This document shows positions 1 through 8,126 of a DNA stretch of 19,926 bases, piece by piece. The position numbers were made by a program, and so were the translations under genes. Source of the stretch: Bdellovibrionia bacterium. GTDB taxonomy: Bacteria > Bdellovibrionota > UBA1018. The notes beneath the pieces are model-generated. The model was given only the letters and a program-made list of their open reading frames with translations, made no database searches and was not told the DNA's origin. Location of the stretch: positions 1 to 19,926 of the forward strand of contig JBMSSC010000041.1 of NCBI GenBank assembly GCA_049424145.1. Reading direction: 5' to 3'. Numbering within the stretch: position 1 is the stretch's first letter; each line of letters opens with the position of its first letter.

Positions 1-525
1 CAAGAGGTGTTTGGTTTTCGGGTCACGCGTCACTTCGACATTCGCACCGGGCGGACCGGCTTGATCTCCGATGTGGTGGAGTCCCCCTGCCGTCGCGTCA
101 AGGTACCCATCAATGAGGCCACTGATCCGCAGAGCCAAGTTCAAGAGTTTGTCGATCGCATGAAGGGCTCAGGGGTGCAGCACCTGGCACTTCTGACAAC
201 GGACATTCAATCTACCCTTCAGTCGCTGAGAAAGAATCAGTTTGGCTTCCTCTGCGTGCCTCACACGTATTATGAAACCGTCCCCACGCGCGTGCCCGGG
301 GTGACTGAGAACTTAGCCGATCTGGAAAAGCTGGGCATCCTCCTCGATGGCGAAGGCCAAGGCTACCTTTTGCAGATTTTCTCCGAAGAAATCCTTGGGC
401 CCTTCTTTTTTGAGTACATTCAACGAAAAGGCAACGAGGGCTTTGGAGAGGGGAACTTTCGGGCTCTCTTTGAGGCCATTGAGCGGGATCAAATCAAGCG
501 CGGTGTCTTAAAACCCGAAGGCTAA
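1..525 (+). CDS. hppD: 4-hydroxyphenylpyruvate dioxygenase, C-terminal part (5' end outside the window)
   Basis: Frame is open from base 1. HPPD motifs KVPINE, GVQHLAL, GYLLQIFS and FFEYIQRKGNEGFGEGNFRALFEAIERDQ, including the metal-binding His and Glu. Confidence 0.95.
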   Translation, partial: QEVFGFRVTRHFDIRTGRTGLISDVVESPCRRVKVPINEATDPQSQVQEFVDRMKGSGVQHLALLTTDIQSTLQSLRKNQFGFLCVPHTYYETVPTRVPGVTENLADLEKLGILLDGEGQGYLLQIFSEEILGPFFFEYIQRKGNEGFGEGNFRALFEAIERDQIKRGVLKPEG

Positions 526-527
526 TG

Positions 528-556
528 TGGACAGTTGAAGGCTTTGCCCTTAGGAT
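528..556 (+). promoter_or_regulatory. Possible internal sigma70-like promoter for pepP
   Basis: TGGACA (528-533), 17 bp, TAGGAT (551-556), ending 8 nt before ATG 565. The AGGA inside it could instead be just an SD. Confidence 0.3.
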
Positions 557-564
557 TCTAACCT

Positions 565-1887
565 ATGCTTCTCACTGAAATTCCTCGTTTTTTTCAAACG
601 CGACGTGAAACCCTTTTTCGAGCCCATCCGGATTCGATCTTTATTTTTCCTTCGCATCCGGAGCAGATTCGAAACTCTGATGTTTATCAACCCTATCGCC
701 AGGAAAGTAACTTTTACTACTTAACTGGGTTTGAAGAGTCTTCGTCTTGCTTGGTTTTAGCCCCCTCGGGATCCAAGCCCGGGCAATTGAAGACTCTCCT
801 CTTTGTTGCCCCGAAGGATCCCGAAAAGGAAATGTGGGAAGGGGAGCGCTACGGAGTGCAAGGGGCAAGGGATGTGTTTGGCGCTGATGAGGCCTACCCG
901 ATCTCGGAGCTTGAGCCTAGGCTGAAGGAACTCCTGCGCGATTGCAAGCAGGTGTTTTATCGTCTCGGCCTTCATCCTGAGATGGATCGCAGGCTAATTG
1001 AGGTTTTCGAATCCGCTCGCAAGGCGCAAGGCAGGACCGGGCGAGCTCTGTTGCCCGTGCTCGACTCGTTTGCTCCGGTGGCTGAGATGCGATTGTTCAA
1101 AAGCCCAGAGGAAATTGAAATCATGAGGCGGGGCTGCCAAATTACGGCTCAAGCCCACCGTGAGGCCATCCAACAGGTGCACCCGGGGATGAACGAGCGC
1201 GAGCTTGAGGCCTTGGTGGATTATACGTTTAAGAAGCTGGGGTGCGCGCGAGTGGGTTATGGAAGTATCGTGGCGGGTGGAAAAAACGCCGCCTGCCTTC
1301 ACTACCGTTTCAATAACGAGGTCTTACGCGACCAAGAACTCGTGCTCGTGGATGCAGGCGGGGAGTATGGCTATTATTCAGCCGATATCACCCGGACCTT
1401 TCCCGTGGGTAAGGCCTTCACGCAAGCTCAGGCTGAGGTTTATGATGTCGTGCTGCGAGCCCAAAAGTCGGCAATTGCCATGGCCAAGCCCGGAGCCAAG
1501 CTCCCCGACATTCATCAGCACGTGTGTGAGAGTCTGATTGAAGGCTTGCTGTCTTTGGGGCTTCTCAGTGGAACGGTTCAAGAGAATCTGAAGTCCTTTG
1601 CTTACCGCCGCTTCTACCCCCATAATACCAGTCATTGGCTGGGGCTGGATGTTCACGATGCAGGGCTTTACCTCAAAGAGGGATCCCCCAGATGCCTTGA
1701 GCCGGGCATGGTGCTCACGATTGAGCCCGGCTTTTACGTTCAGCCGGGAGATCTGAAGACGCCAGAGAAGTACCGAAATTTAGGCATCCGCATTGAGGAT
1801 GACCTGCTCATCACCGCTCAGGGGAACGAAAATCTGACGGCTTTAGCTCCCAAGGAGCGATCTGAGATTGAAGCTTTGAAGGCTTAA
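565..1887 (+). CDS. pepP: Xaa-Pro aminopeptidase (aminopeptidase P, M24B)
   Basis: N-domain YRQESNFYYLTG; catalytic motifs LHY, DAGGEYGYYSADITRTFP, HNTSHWLGLDVHD, TIEPGFY and GIRIEDD. Confidence 0.95.
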   Translation: MLLTEIPRFFQTRRETLFRAHPDSIFIFPSHPEQIRNSDVYQPYRQESNFYYLTGFEESSSCLVLAPSGSKPGQLKTLLFVAPKDPEKEMWEGERYGVQGARDVFGADEAYPISELEPRLKELLRDCKQVFYRLGLHPEMDRRLIEVFESARKAQGRTGRALLPVLDSFAPVAEMRLFKSPEEIEIMRRGCQITAQAHREAIQQVHPGMNERELEALVDYTFKKLGCARVGYGSIVAGGKNAACLHYRFNNEVLRDQELVLVDAGGEYGYYSADITRTFPVGKAFTQAQAEVYDVVLRAQKSAIAMAKPGAKLPDIHQHVCESLIEGLLSLGLLSGTVQENLKSFAYRRFYPHNTSHWLGLDVHDAGLYLKEGSPRCLEPGMVLTIEPGFYVQPGDLKTPEKYRNLGIRIEDDLLITAQGNENLTALAPKERSEIEALKA

Positions 1888-1902
1888 GAGTACACCAGCG
1901 GG

Positions 1903-2946
1903 ATGGATTCTTCTGCTCACCCTTCTCCTATCCTGCTTGGGCCGTTTCGGCTTGAGCATCCGTTTATTTTGGCTCCCATGGCGGGCATTACCAATTCCCC
2001 CTTTCGCAGGCTAATGAGGCGACTGAAAAGCTCGCTTGTGGTCTCTGAGCTGGTCTCAGCCAATGGGATTCAGTACGCCGGTGCCCGAACGCTGGACCTC
2101 CTTCGCTTTCATGAGGAAGAGCGCGTCGTGGGGCTTCAGATCTTTGGCGAGGAGACGGAGGTTCTCTGCCAAGCCGCTCAGCACGTGGAGCGCGTGGGTG
2201 CAGACTTTGTGGATTTGAATCTGGGGTGTCCCGTGCCCAAAGTCGTGAAAAAAGGGGCAGGCTCAGCCATGTGTCGAAACCCCGTGGCCTTGGGAAAAAC
2301 CCTGGAAGCCATGGTGCGCTCGGTTCAAATCCCTGTGACCATTAAGATTCGAACCGGCTGGGACTCGACCTCCCGAAATGCTTTGGAAGTCGTTCGTGTG
2401 GCTGCGGATGCGGGGGTGCGCTGGGTGGCTATTCACGGTCGCACCCGTGCTCAAGGCTACAGCGGCGAGGCTGATTGGGATTTCATTGGCGAAGTGAAGG
2501 CCAAAAGCCCCATTCCCATTCTGGGTAACGGGGACCTCTCCACAGCTGAGCTAGCCTTAAGTCGCTGGAAAACCTACGGCGTGGATGCCGTTCTCATTGG
2601 TCGTGCTGCGCTTCGTAATCCGTTCATCTTTGAGCAGGCTTGGGCCCTTTGGCAAGGTAAGTCCATCACTCCACCTCAGGCCGAGCGATACTTGGAGTTG
2701 ATGCGGGCGCAGAAGCAGCTCCTTGAGGAGATTTACGACCCCAAAGGCGTGATGATTCATGCTCGGAAATTTTTAGCCTGGTACTCGGCCGGTTTTCCCG
2801 GGTGTCATGAGTTTAGAAACCAAGTCTTCTCCACCACTGAGCCTGAGAGGCTTTGGGAGATTGCAGCTGAGTTTTTTGAAAAAAGCGCACGCCAACGGGA
2901 GATGAGTTTTCTCTCTCAGCCGTTTTTAATGGGCGGACACGGCTGA
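1903..2946 (+). CDS. dusB: tRNA-dihydrouridine synthase (DusB-type)
   Basis: LAPMAGIT, DLNLGCP (catalytic Cys), KIRTGWD, IHGRTR, GNGD, IGR and NPFIF motifs. Confidence 0.92.
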   Translation: MDSSAHPSPILLGPFRLEHPFILAPMAGITNSPFRRLMRRLKSSLVVSELVSANGIQYAGARTLDLLRFHEEERVVGLQIFGEETEVLCQAAQHVERVGADFVDLNLGCPVPKVVKKGAGSAMCRNPVALGKTLEAMVRSVQIPVTIKIRTGWDSTSRNALEVVRVAADAGVRWVAIHGRTRAQGYSGEADWDFIGEVKAKSPIPILGNGDLSTAELALSRWKTYGVDAVLIGRAALRNPFIFEQAWALWQGKSITPPQAERYLELMRAQKQLLEEIYDPKGVMIHARKFLAWYSAGFPGCHEFRNQVFSTTEPERLWEIAAEFFEKSARQREMSFLSQPFLMGGHG

Positions 2947-3792
2947 GTTCAGGGTTTGAATGAATCCTTGAGCAAATTCCGAAACCGCCGCGGGATCCGT
3001 AAAGATCCACTCAATGGAGGTGGGCTTTTGGCTGGGGCGTGAAGTGGGCTTTTGAAGCCACTGGGTTTTTTCCAAGGTCTGAGCCACGGCCCGGGCCGAG
3101 TGAATGATCCTCCAGCCGGGAAGTGCCTTTTGAAAGGCAGGTTCAATCCAAGGGTAGTGCGTGCAGCCTAAGAGAGCAATACCCGGGGTGTGGCTCAGGT
3201 AAGGCTCCAAGTACACGCGCAGGGTTTCATGTAAGAGGGGGTGATCGATCCATCCCTCTTCGATGAAGGGCACTAAGAGTGGGCAGGCCTGTTCAAAAAT
3301 GCGCGCCTGGGGAAGCGCCTGAGCCAGGGCTCGCCCATAGGCTCCGCTTCGTACGGTGGCACGCGTGGCTAAGACGAGGACGGACGGGGGGGCTTGGGGC
3401 TTTTGAGCTGCAGAGGGCGAGTGCCTCGGGTTCAACGCAGAGGCTGCCTCACTGGGATCTGATCCCAGGCTGTTCAGTAAGCTCTCGGTCACGCTCCGAA
3501 CTCCCGGCTCCACCATTCCCAGCACGGGGATGGGGTCGAGTGCTCTTTGAATGGCACCCAGAGCGAGGCTCGAGGCCGTATTGCAGGCCACAACCAGAGC
3601 GTCGATCTTTTTTTTCTTTAAAATCTGGGCACACTTCAACGAGAGCTTTTCAATTTGCTCCGGGCTCTTGGTGCCGTAGGGAACATGGGCTGTGTCTCCT
3701 AAGTAGATGAAGTCCGTATTCTTGAGGCGCAGCTGGAGCTCGGATAAAACTGTAATCCCCCCAATGCCTGAATCAAAGACGCCAATTCTCAT
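2926..3792 (-). CDS. murI: Glutamate racemase
   Basis: IGVFDSGIGG, PYG, ACNTAS and LGCTHYP, with both catalytic Cys present. Carries a low-complexity insertion at about residues 105-136. Confidence 0.96.
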   Translation of the reverse strand: MRIGVFDSGIGGITVLSELQLRLKNTDFIYLGDTAHVPYGTKSPEQIEKLSLKCAQILKKKKIDALVVACNTASSLALGAIQRALDPIPVLGMVEPGVRSVTESLLNSLGSDPSEAASALNPRHSPSAAQKPQAPPSVLVLATRATVRSGAYGRALAQALPQARIFEQACPLLVPFIEEGWIDHPLLHETLRVYLEPYLSHTPGIALLGCTHYPWIEPAFQKALPGWRIIHSARAVAQTLEKTQWLQKPTSRPSQKPTSIEWIFTDPAAVSEFAQGFIQTLNSAVSAH

Positions 3793-3800
3793 GGGCTCGA

Positions 3801-4307
3801 TTAATCCTGCGGGTTCTTCTTGAGTTCACAGGCTAGCTGAATTCGGGATTGTCGCCGCTTTTTGGCCTGCTCAAAGCGCCTTTTTTCGTCGTCCGTCTCA
3901 GGAAGAAGCGGCGGAACCAGGGTGGGGCGTCCATGGTCATCGAGGGCCACAAACGTGGTGTAGGCAGTGGCCGTGTGCGTGATCTCGCCTGTGATGGGAT
4001 TTTCTGAATCCACTCGAACGCCCACCTCCATGGAGGTGCGGTGAACGGAGTTGACCATGGCTCGAATGTGCAGAACATGCCCAAGCTTGACTGGCGCCAA
4101 AAAGTGCAACGCATCAATCGATGCCGTCACGCAGGTCCGTCGAGCGTGCTTGGTGGCAACAATTGCTCCGGCAATATCAATCCAGCTCATGATCTTCCCG
4201 CCAAAGATGGTTCCAATCGCATTGGTGTCCGATGGTAAGACCAACTCCGTCATCACAACGGCAGACTCTTTGGGGTGTTTGGCAGGAGGCGGGGAGGAGG
4301 GCTTCAT
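3801..4307 (-). CDS. Acyl-CoA thioesterase (hotdog fold, YciA-like), 168 aa
   Basis: DTNAIGTIFGGKIMSWID, TSMEVGV and TFVALD motifs. Start moved from 4484 to ATG 4307, because the longer version overlaps the divergent EamA gene and a promoter lies just upstream of 4307. Confidence 0.9.
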   Translation of the reverse strand: MKPSSPPPAKHPKESAVVMTELVLPSDTNAIGTIFGGKIMSWIDIAGAIVATKHARRTCVTASIDALHFLAPVKLGHVLHIRAMVNSVHRTSMEVGVRVDSENPITGEITHTATAYTTFVALDDHGRPTLVPPLLPETDDEKRRFEQAKKRRQSRIQLACELKKNPQD

Positions 4308-4314
4308 GGGCCGA

Positions 4315-4343
4315 AGCATAATCGATCTTCGAGGGGAGATCAA
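4315..4343 (-). promoter_or_regulatory. sigma70-like promoter for the thioesterase-murI operon (leaderless)
   Basis: The minus strand reads TTGATC, 17 bp, TATGCT, 7 nt, ATG (4307). Confidence 0.6.
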
Positions 4344-4346
4344 GAA

Positions 4347-4375
4347 TTGACGAATCGTGCGGAGTTTCCTAATCT
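4347..4375 (+). promoter_or_regulatory. sigma70-like promoter for the EamA gene (possibly leaderless)
   Basis: TTGACG (4347-4352), 17 bp, TAATCT (4370-4375), 7 nt, in-frame GTG (4383). Confidence 0.55.
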
Positions 4376-4382
4376 CTCGCAG

Positions 4383-5369
4383 GTGAAGGCCTTGAGTGGG
4401 ATGATATTGCTGGGTGTGAATCTCGTTTGGTCGCTCCACCCGGTGTGGGGGAAGTGGCTCCTGCAAGTGGTTTCGCCTGCACAAGGAGCGTGGCTCAGGT
4501 ACTCCTCGGCACTCATTGCGTATGGGGGAATGGCCATCGTTTTTTCGCTTAAAAAATCACGAGTCAGAAGGGTGAGCCTGGTTCAGGCATTGGGCGATTT
4601 TTTTCTGGTTCCTCAAAGTCCAAAGGACTTCCTATGGATAGTGGCACTGGGATGGCTCACCTTTGGCTTGACCCCCTTGGTTCAGATGCTGGGTTTGTCC
4701 TGGGCGCAGGCTTCGGAGAACTCGTTGATTGTTGCCTTAGAGCCTCTCTTGGTGACTTTTTTCTCCTTTATTTTTTTGGGAGAAAAGCTTCGGGTTCAAC
4801 AGAGCGTGGGGCTGGGTCTAGCCGTCTTGGGCTTTGGGCTCTTAGCTCAGCTCAGTCCGACTCGTGCGTTCTCGGCGGCAGGCCTGGGTCAGCTCTTTCT
4901 GCTGTTCTCGTTAGTGGGAGAGGTGGCGTTCACAGTGGGTGGGCAGCCGTTGGTTCAGCGCACCTCCGTCGTGCCCGTGTTTGGTTCCGTCTTAGCCCTG
5001 GGCGTGCTGGGTTTAGGGCTCCTGCTTCAGCTGAGTTTTGCGCTCGGATGGGTGAACTCGTTTTCCTTGTTTGCTCCTCTGTCTGGTCTTCCGTTGAACA
5101 CTTGGGGTGGAATGCAAAGCCTGGCTCTGCTGGGTTTAGGGCCCCTGGGTACTGCTCTGGGCTATCTGCTTTACTGGGTAGTTCTTGCTCAGGTCTCTCC
5201 CATTCAAGTCTCTCTTTTTTTGTTTCTTCAGCCTTTAGCTGGCGTGCTTTGGGGGGCCTGGTTTTTATCTGAACGCTTGAGTTTCTCACAAGGCCTAGGT
5301 GCGGCTCTCATCTTGCTTGCTCTCGGAGTGGCTAACGCAAAGCGTCTGACTAAAACTCAGGATTCCTAA
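4383..5369 (+). CDS. EamA/DMT-family transporter (about 10 TM)
   Basis: Two hydrophobic EamA repeats (WLRY...LEPLLV...FLGEKL and LQPLAGV...FLSERL). Start uncertain: GTG 4383, ATG 4401, or TTG 4347 (SD GAGGGGAG). The ORF-track start at 4275 overlaps the thioesterase. Confidence 0.85.
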   Translation: MKALSGMILLGVNLVWSLHPVWGKWLLQVVSPAQGAWLRYSSALIAYGGMAIVFSLKKSRVRRVSLVQALGDFFLVPQSPKDFLWIVALGWLTFGLTPLVQMLGLSWAQASENSLIVALEPLLVTFFSFIFLGEKLRVQQSVGLGLAVLGFGLLAQLSPTRAFSAAGLGQLFLLFSLVGEVAFTVGGQPLVQRTSVVPVFGSVLALGVLGLGLLLQLSFALGWVNSFSLFAPLSGLPLNTWGGMQSLALLGLGPLGTALGYLLYWVVLAQVSPIQVSLFLFLQPLAGVLWGAWFLSERLSFSQGLGAALILLALGVANAKRLTKTQDS

Positions 5370-5378
5370 AAAATAGTC

Positions 5379-5408
5379 TTGCTGTTCGCATTTGGACCTT
5401 TCTATACT
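5379..5408 (+). promoter_or_regulatory. sigma70-like promoter for the small hypothetical gene, possibly also the clp operon
   Basis: TTGCTG (5379-5384), 18 bp, TATACT (5403-5408). Confidence 0.45.
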
Positions 5409-5427
5409 TGATCCCCTGGGGTGGGAA

Positions 5428-5739
5428 ATGGAAGTCTCCAATCAAAAAAAGAAGAACCAAGAAGAAGTGACCAGCAAACAGGAGAGCAAGGGTCCAGCGC
5501 GTCTTCAGTGCTGCCCGCAGGAGCTGATGGGTTCAGACCTGCTGGAGAGGGTTTCCTCTCTGACTGAGTTGCCCTCGCGTGCCGTTCAAAGGGAGCTTGA
5601 GGAGATCCTGGATCTCTCCCAGCTCGACCCAGAGGACCTGACCTTGGATCAGCTCCGAGAGTCGATGCTTCGGTACCTCGATTTGGTGAACGAAGAGGTT
5701 CATCAGGCAATTCATGCCGAGTCGCTTGAATATCAGTAG
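5428..5739 (+). CDS. Small acidic helical hypothetical protein
   Basis: Fills the gap between EamA and clpP. Amphipathic acidic helices (LTELPSRAVQRELEEIL...LTLDQLRESMLRYLD). ATG 5428 lies downstream of the promoter candidate; ATG 5527 is an alternative start. Confidence 0.7.
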   Translation: MEVSNQKKKNQEEVTSKQESKGPARLQCCPQELMGSDLLERVSSLTELPSRAVQRELEEILDLSQLDPEDLTLDQLRESMLRYLDLVNEEVHQAIHAESLEYQ

Positions 5740-5894
5740 GTTTTATAGCAAAAGAGCTCCTAGTGATAGTGCGTTTCAATCAGGCTTACCAGTCTGATTC
5801 AAGCGAAGAGTAAAAAATATTTTTTGGCTCAGAGCAACATTTGTCTCGTATATGTATACTAGAAAAGAGTAAGCTTTCATGAGGAGAATGCGTC

Positions 5895-6581
5895 ATGATC
5901 ATTAAATCAGTTTCTCAAAGAATTCCTTCCAGTCTGGTTCAGCCCGAGTTGGTGGGATTTAATTTGGAAAGCGGCATTCCCATGTCGAGCTATGTTCCTA
6001 ACCCCATCGTGATTGAGCAGACTCCAAGAGGAGAGCGGCAGTACGACATCTACTCCCGCTTGCTTTTGGATCGGATTATCTTCTTAGGAACAGAAGTCAA
6101 TGACATGGTTGCCAATCTCCTGGTGGCGCAGATGTTTTTTTTAGAATCCTCGGATCCCGATAAAGACATTCACCTGTACATCAATTCTCCGGGGGGTTCG
6201 GTCTACGCAGGCTTAGGGATCTACGACACCATGCAGTTTATTAAGTCCGATGTGTGCACCTACTGCATTGGGATGGCATCAAGTATGGGCGCTTTGCTTC
6301 TGACCGCAGGAGCGCATGGCAAGCGCTTTAGTCTGCCCCATAGTCGGATCATGATTCATCAACCCTTAGGGGGGGCCAAAGGGCAGGCCTCCGACATTGA
6401 GATACAAGCCAAAGAAATCCTTTATTTAAAGGAGCGCCTCAACGGCATTCTGGCTCACCACTCGGGCAAAAGCATCGAGCAAGTGAGAAAAGACACCGAT
6501 CGAGACAATTACCTTTCTGCCAAAGAGGCCACTGAGTACGGTCTCATTGACAAAGTGATCGAAAAAAGAGGAAAGGTCTAA
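5895..6581 (+). CDS. clpP: ATP-dependent Clp protease proteolytic subunit
   Basis: [20 protein letters not shown] (catalytic Ser), IMIHQP (His) and DRDNY (Asp). SD GAGGAG at 5881-5886; alternative start ATG 5982. Confidence 0.97.
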   Translation: MIIKSVSQRIPSSLVQPELVGFNLESGIPMSSYVPNPIVIEQTPRGERQYDIYSRLLLDRIIFLGTEVNDMVANLLVAQMFFLESSDPDKDIHLYINSPGGSVYAGLGIYDTMQFIKSDVCTYCIGMASSMGALLLTAGAHGKRFSLPHSRIMIHQPLGGAKGQASDIEIQAKEILYLKERLNGILAHHSGKSIEQVRKDTDRDNYLSAKEATEYGLIDKVIEKRGKV

Positions 6582-6608
6582 GTTCAGGAGATTAGTAGAA
6601 GGAAACCT

Positions 6609-7919
6609 ATGGACGGAAAAAAATACGGCGATGGTTTTGGAAATTTATGTTGCTCGTTCTGTGGAAAGAATCAGCGAGAAGTCAAAAAGCTGATTGCAGG
6701 GCCCACAGTTTATATCTGTGATGAGTGCATTGAGCTCTGCAATGACATCATTGCCGAAGAAGGACAAAAAGATTCTCCTGCTCGATCCACGCAGTCCATT
6801 CCCAAGCCTTCGGAGATTAAGACCATTTTGGATCAGTACGTGATTGGACAAGATCGAGCTAAGCGCGTGCTTTCGGTGGCAGTCTACAACCACTACAAGC
6901 GGATTCAGCATCAAGGGGATAAAAAGGGTAAGGACTCAAAAGACGGCCTAGAGATTCAAAAGAGTAATATCTTGCTCATTGGCCCCACCGGGTCCGGTAA
7001 AACCCTTTTGGCTCAGACCTTAGCGAAGCTTTTAAATGTTCCCTTTGCGATGGCCGATGCCACGACCCTCACCGAAGCAGGCTACGTGGGTGAGGACGTC
7101 GAGAATATCATCTTAAACCTCCTTCAGAGCTCAGATAACAACGTGGAGCGTGCTCAAAAAGGGATCGTCTACATCGATGAAGTGGATAAGATCTCCAGAA
7201 AAAGTGAGAACCCCTCGATCACTCGCGATGTGAGTGGAGAAGGCGTTCAGCAAGCCCTGCTGAAAATCATTGAAGGAACCATTGCCAACGTACCCCCAAA
7301 AGGTGGTCGGAAGCACCCTCAGCAGGAATTCGTTCAAGTCGATACCTCCAACATTTTGTTTATTTGTGGGGGCGCCTTCGTTGGAATCGATAAGTTAGTG
7401 GGGATGAGAAAAGGAAAGAGAAGTCTTGGACTTCAAGCCAATATTTCCTCAAAAACGGATGAGAACGTCTCGAAGCTGCTTTCTCAAGTGGAGCCCGAGG
7501 ATCTGATTAAGTTCGGCTTGATCCCAGAGTTCATTGGTCGTCTGCCGGTGATTGCTACACTGGAAGAGCTCGATGAAAAGGCCTTGATTGAGATTTTGAC
7601 GAAGCCCAAAAATGCCCTCACCAAGCAGTACTCTAAACTCTTTGAGTACGATGATGTGGTGCTTGAGTTTGAAGAAGGAGCCTTAGAAGCCGTAGCCAAA
7701 GAAGCCATTAAGCGAAACACAGGGGCCCGCGGTTTGAGAGCCATCTTGGAGCAATCCATGCTGGAGGTGATGTATGAGCTTCCGGCCAAAGGTCATGTGA
7801 AGAAATGCATCATCACGAAGAACGTGATTTTAAAGGGTGAGCGTCCGGTGATGCTTTTGGCTGATGGGACTGAGGTGACTCAGACTGCGTCTTCCATTGA
7901 AAAAGCAGAAAGCGCCTAG
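6609..7919 (+). CDS. clpX: ATP-dependent Clp protease ATP-binding subunit
   Basis: C4 zinc finger CSFC...CDEC, Walker [13 protein letters not shown] pore loop, Walker B YIDEVD, RKH loop and GARGLR. Confidence 0.98.
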   Translation: MDGKKYGDGFGNLCCSFCGKNQREVKKLIAGPTVYICDECIELCNDIIAEEGQKDSPARSTQSIPKPSEIKTILDQYVIGQDRAKRVLSVAVYNHYKRIQHQGDKKGKDSKDGLEIQKSNILLIGPTGSGKTLLAQTLAKLLNVPFAMADATTLTEAGYVGEDVENIILNLLQSSDNNVERAQKGIVYIDEVDKISRKSENPSITRDVSGEGVQQALLKIIEGTIANVPPKGGRKHPQQEFVQVDTSNILFICGGAFVGIDKLVGMRKGKRSLGLQANISSKTDENVSKLLSQVEPEDLIKFGLIPEFIGRLPVIATLEELDEKALIEILTKPKNALTKQYSKLFEYDDVVLEFEEGALEAVAKEAIKRNTGARGLRAILEQSMLEVMYELPAKGHVKKCIITKNVILKGERPVMLLADGTEVTQTASSIEKAESA

Positions 7920-8126
7920 GACAGGAGAACCTGAGTCGGTGAGAGTTCCGTTTTCAGATGGAAATTGAATCAGACTGAGCGATCTTTGATTTTTTTAGTT
8001 TATGGATTTTGTAAAAAAATAGTTTTAAGTTACTGAAGTGATTAGATTTTTCTCTTTTCTTGAGACAGACCGGACTTTGCAACCTTCTTGCAGTTGTGCT
8101 GTAGTTAAAAAGGGAGAGTAACTTTT

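Noticed and set aside
5720..5894. Possible CIRCE or sigma32 site upstream of clpP
   Set aside because: The TAGCA...AGTGC spacing does not fit CIRCE, and CTTGAA has no CCCCAT partner.
7425..7433. ClpX docking loop reads LGL rather than IGF
   Set aside because: It fits the known [LIV]-G-[FL] consensus.
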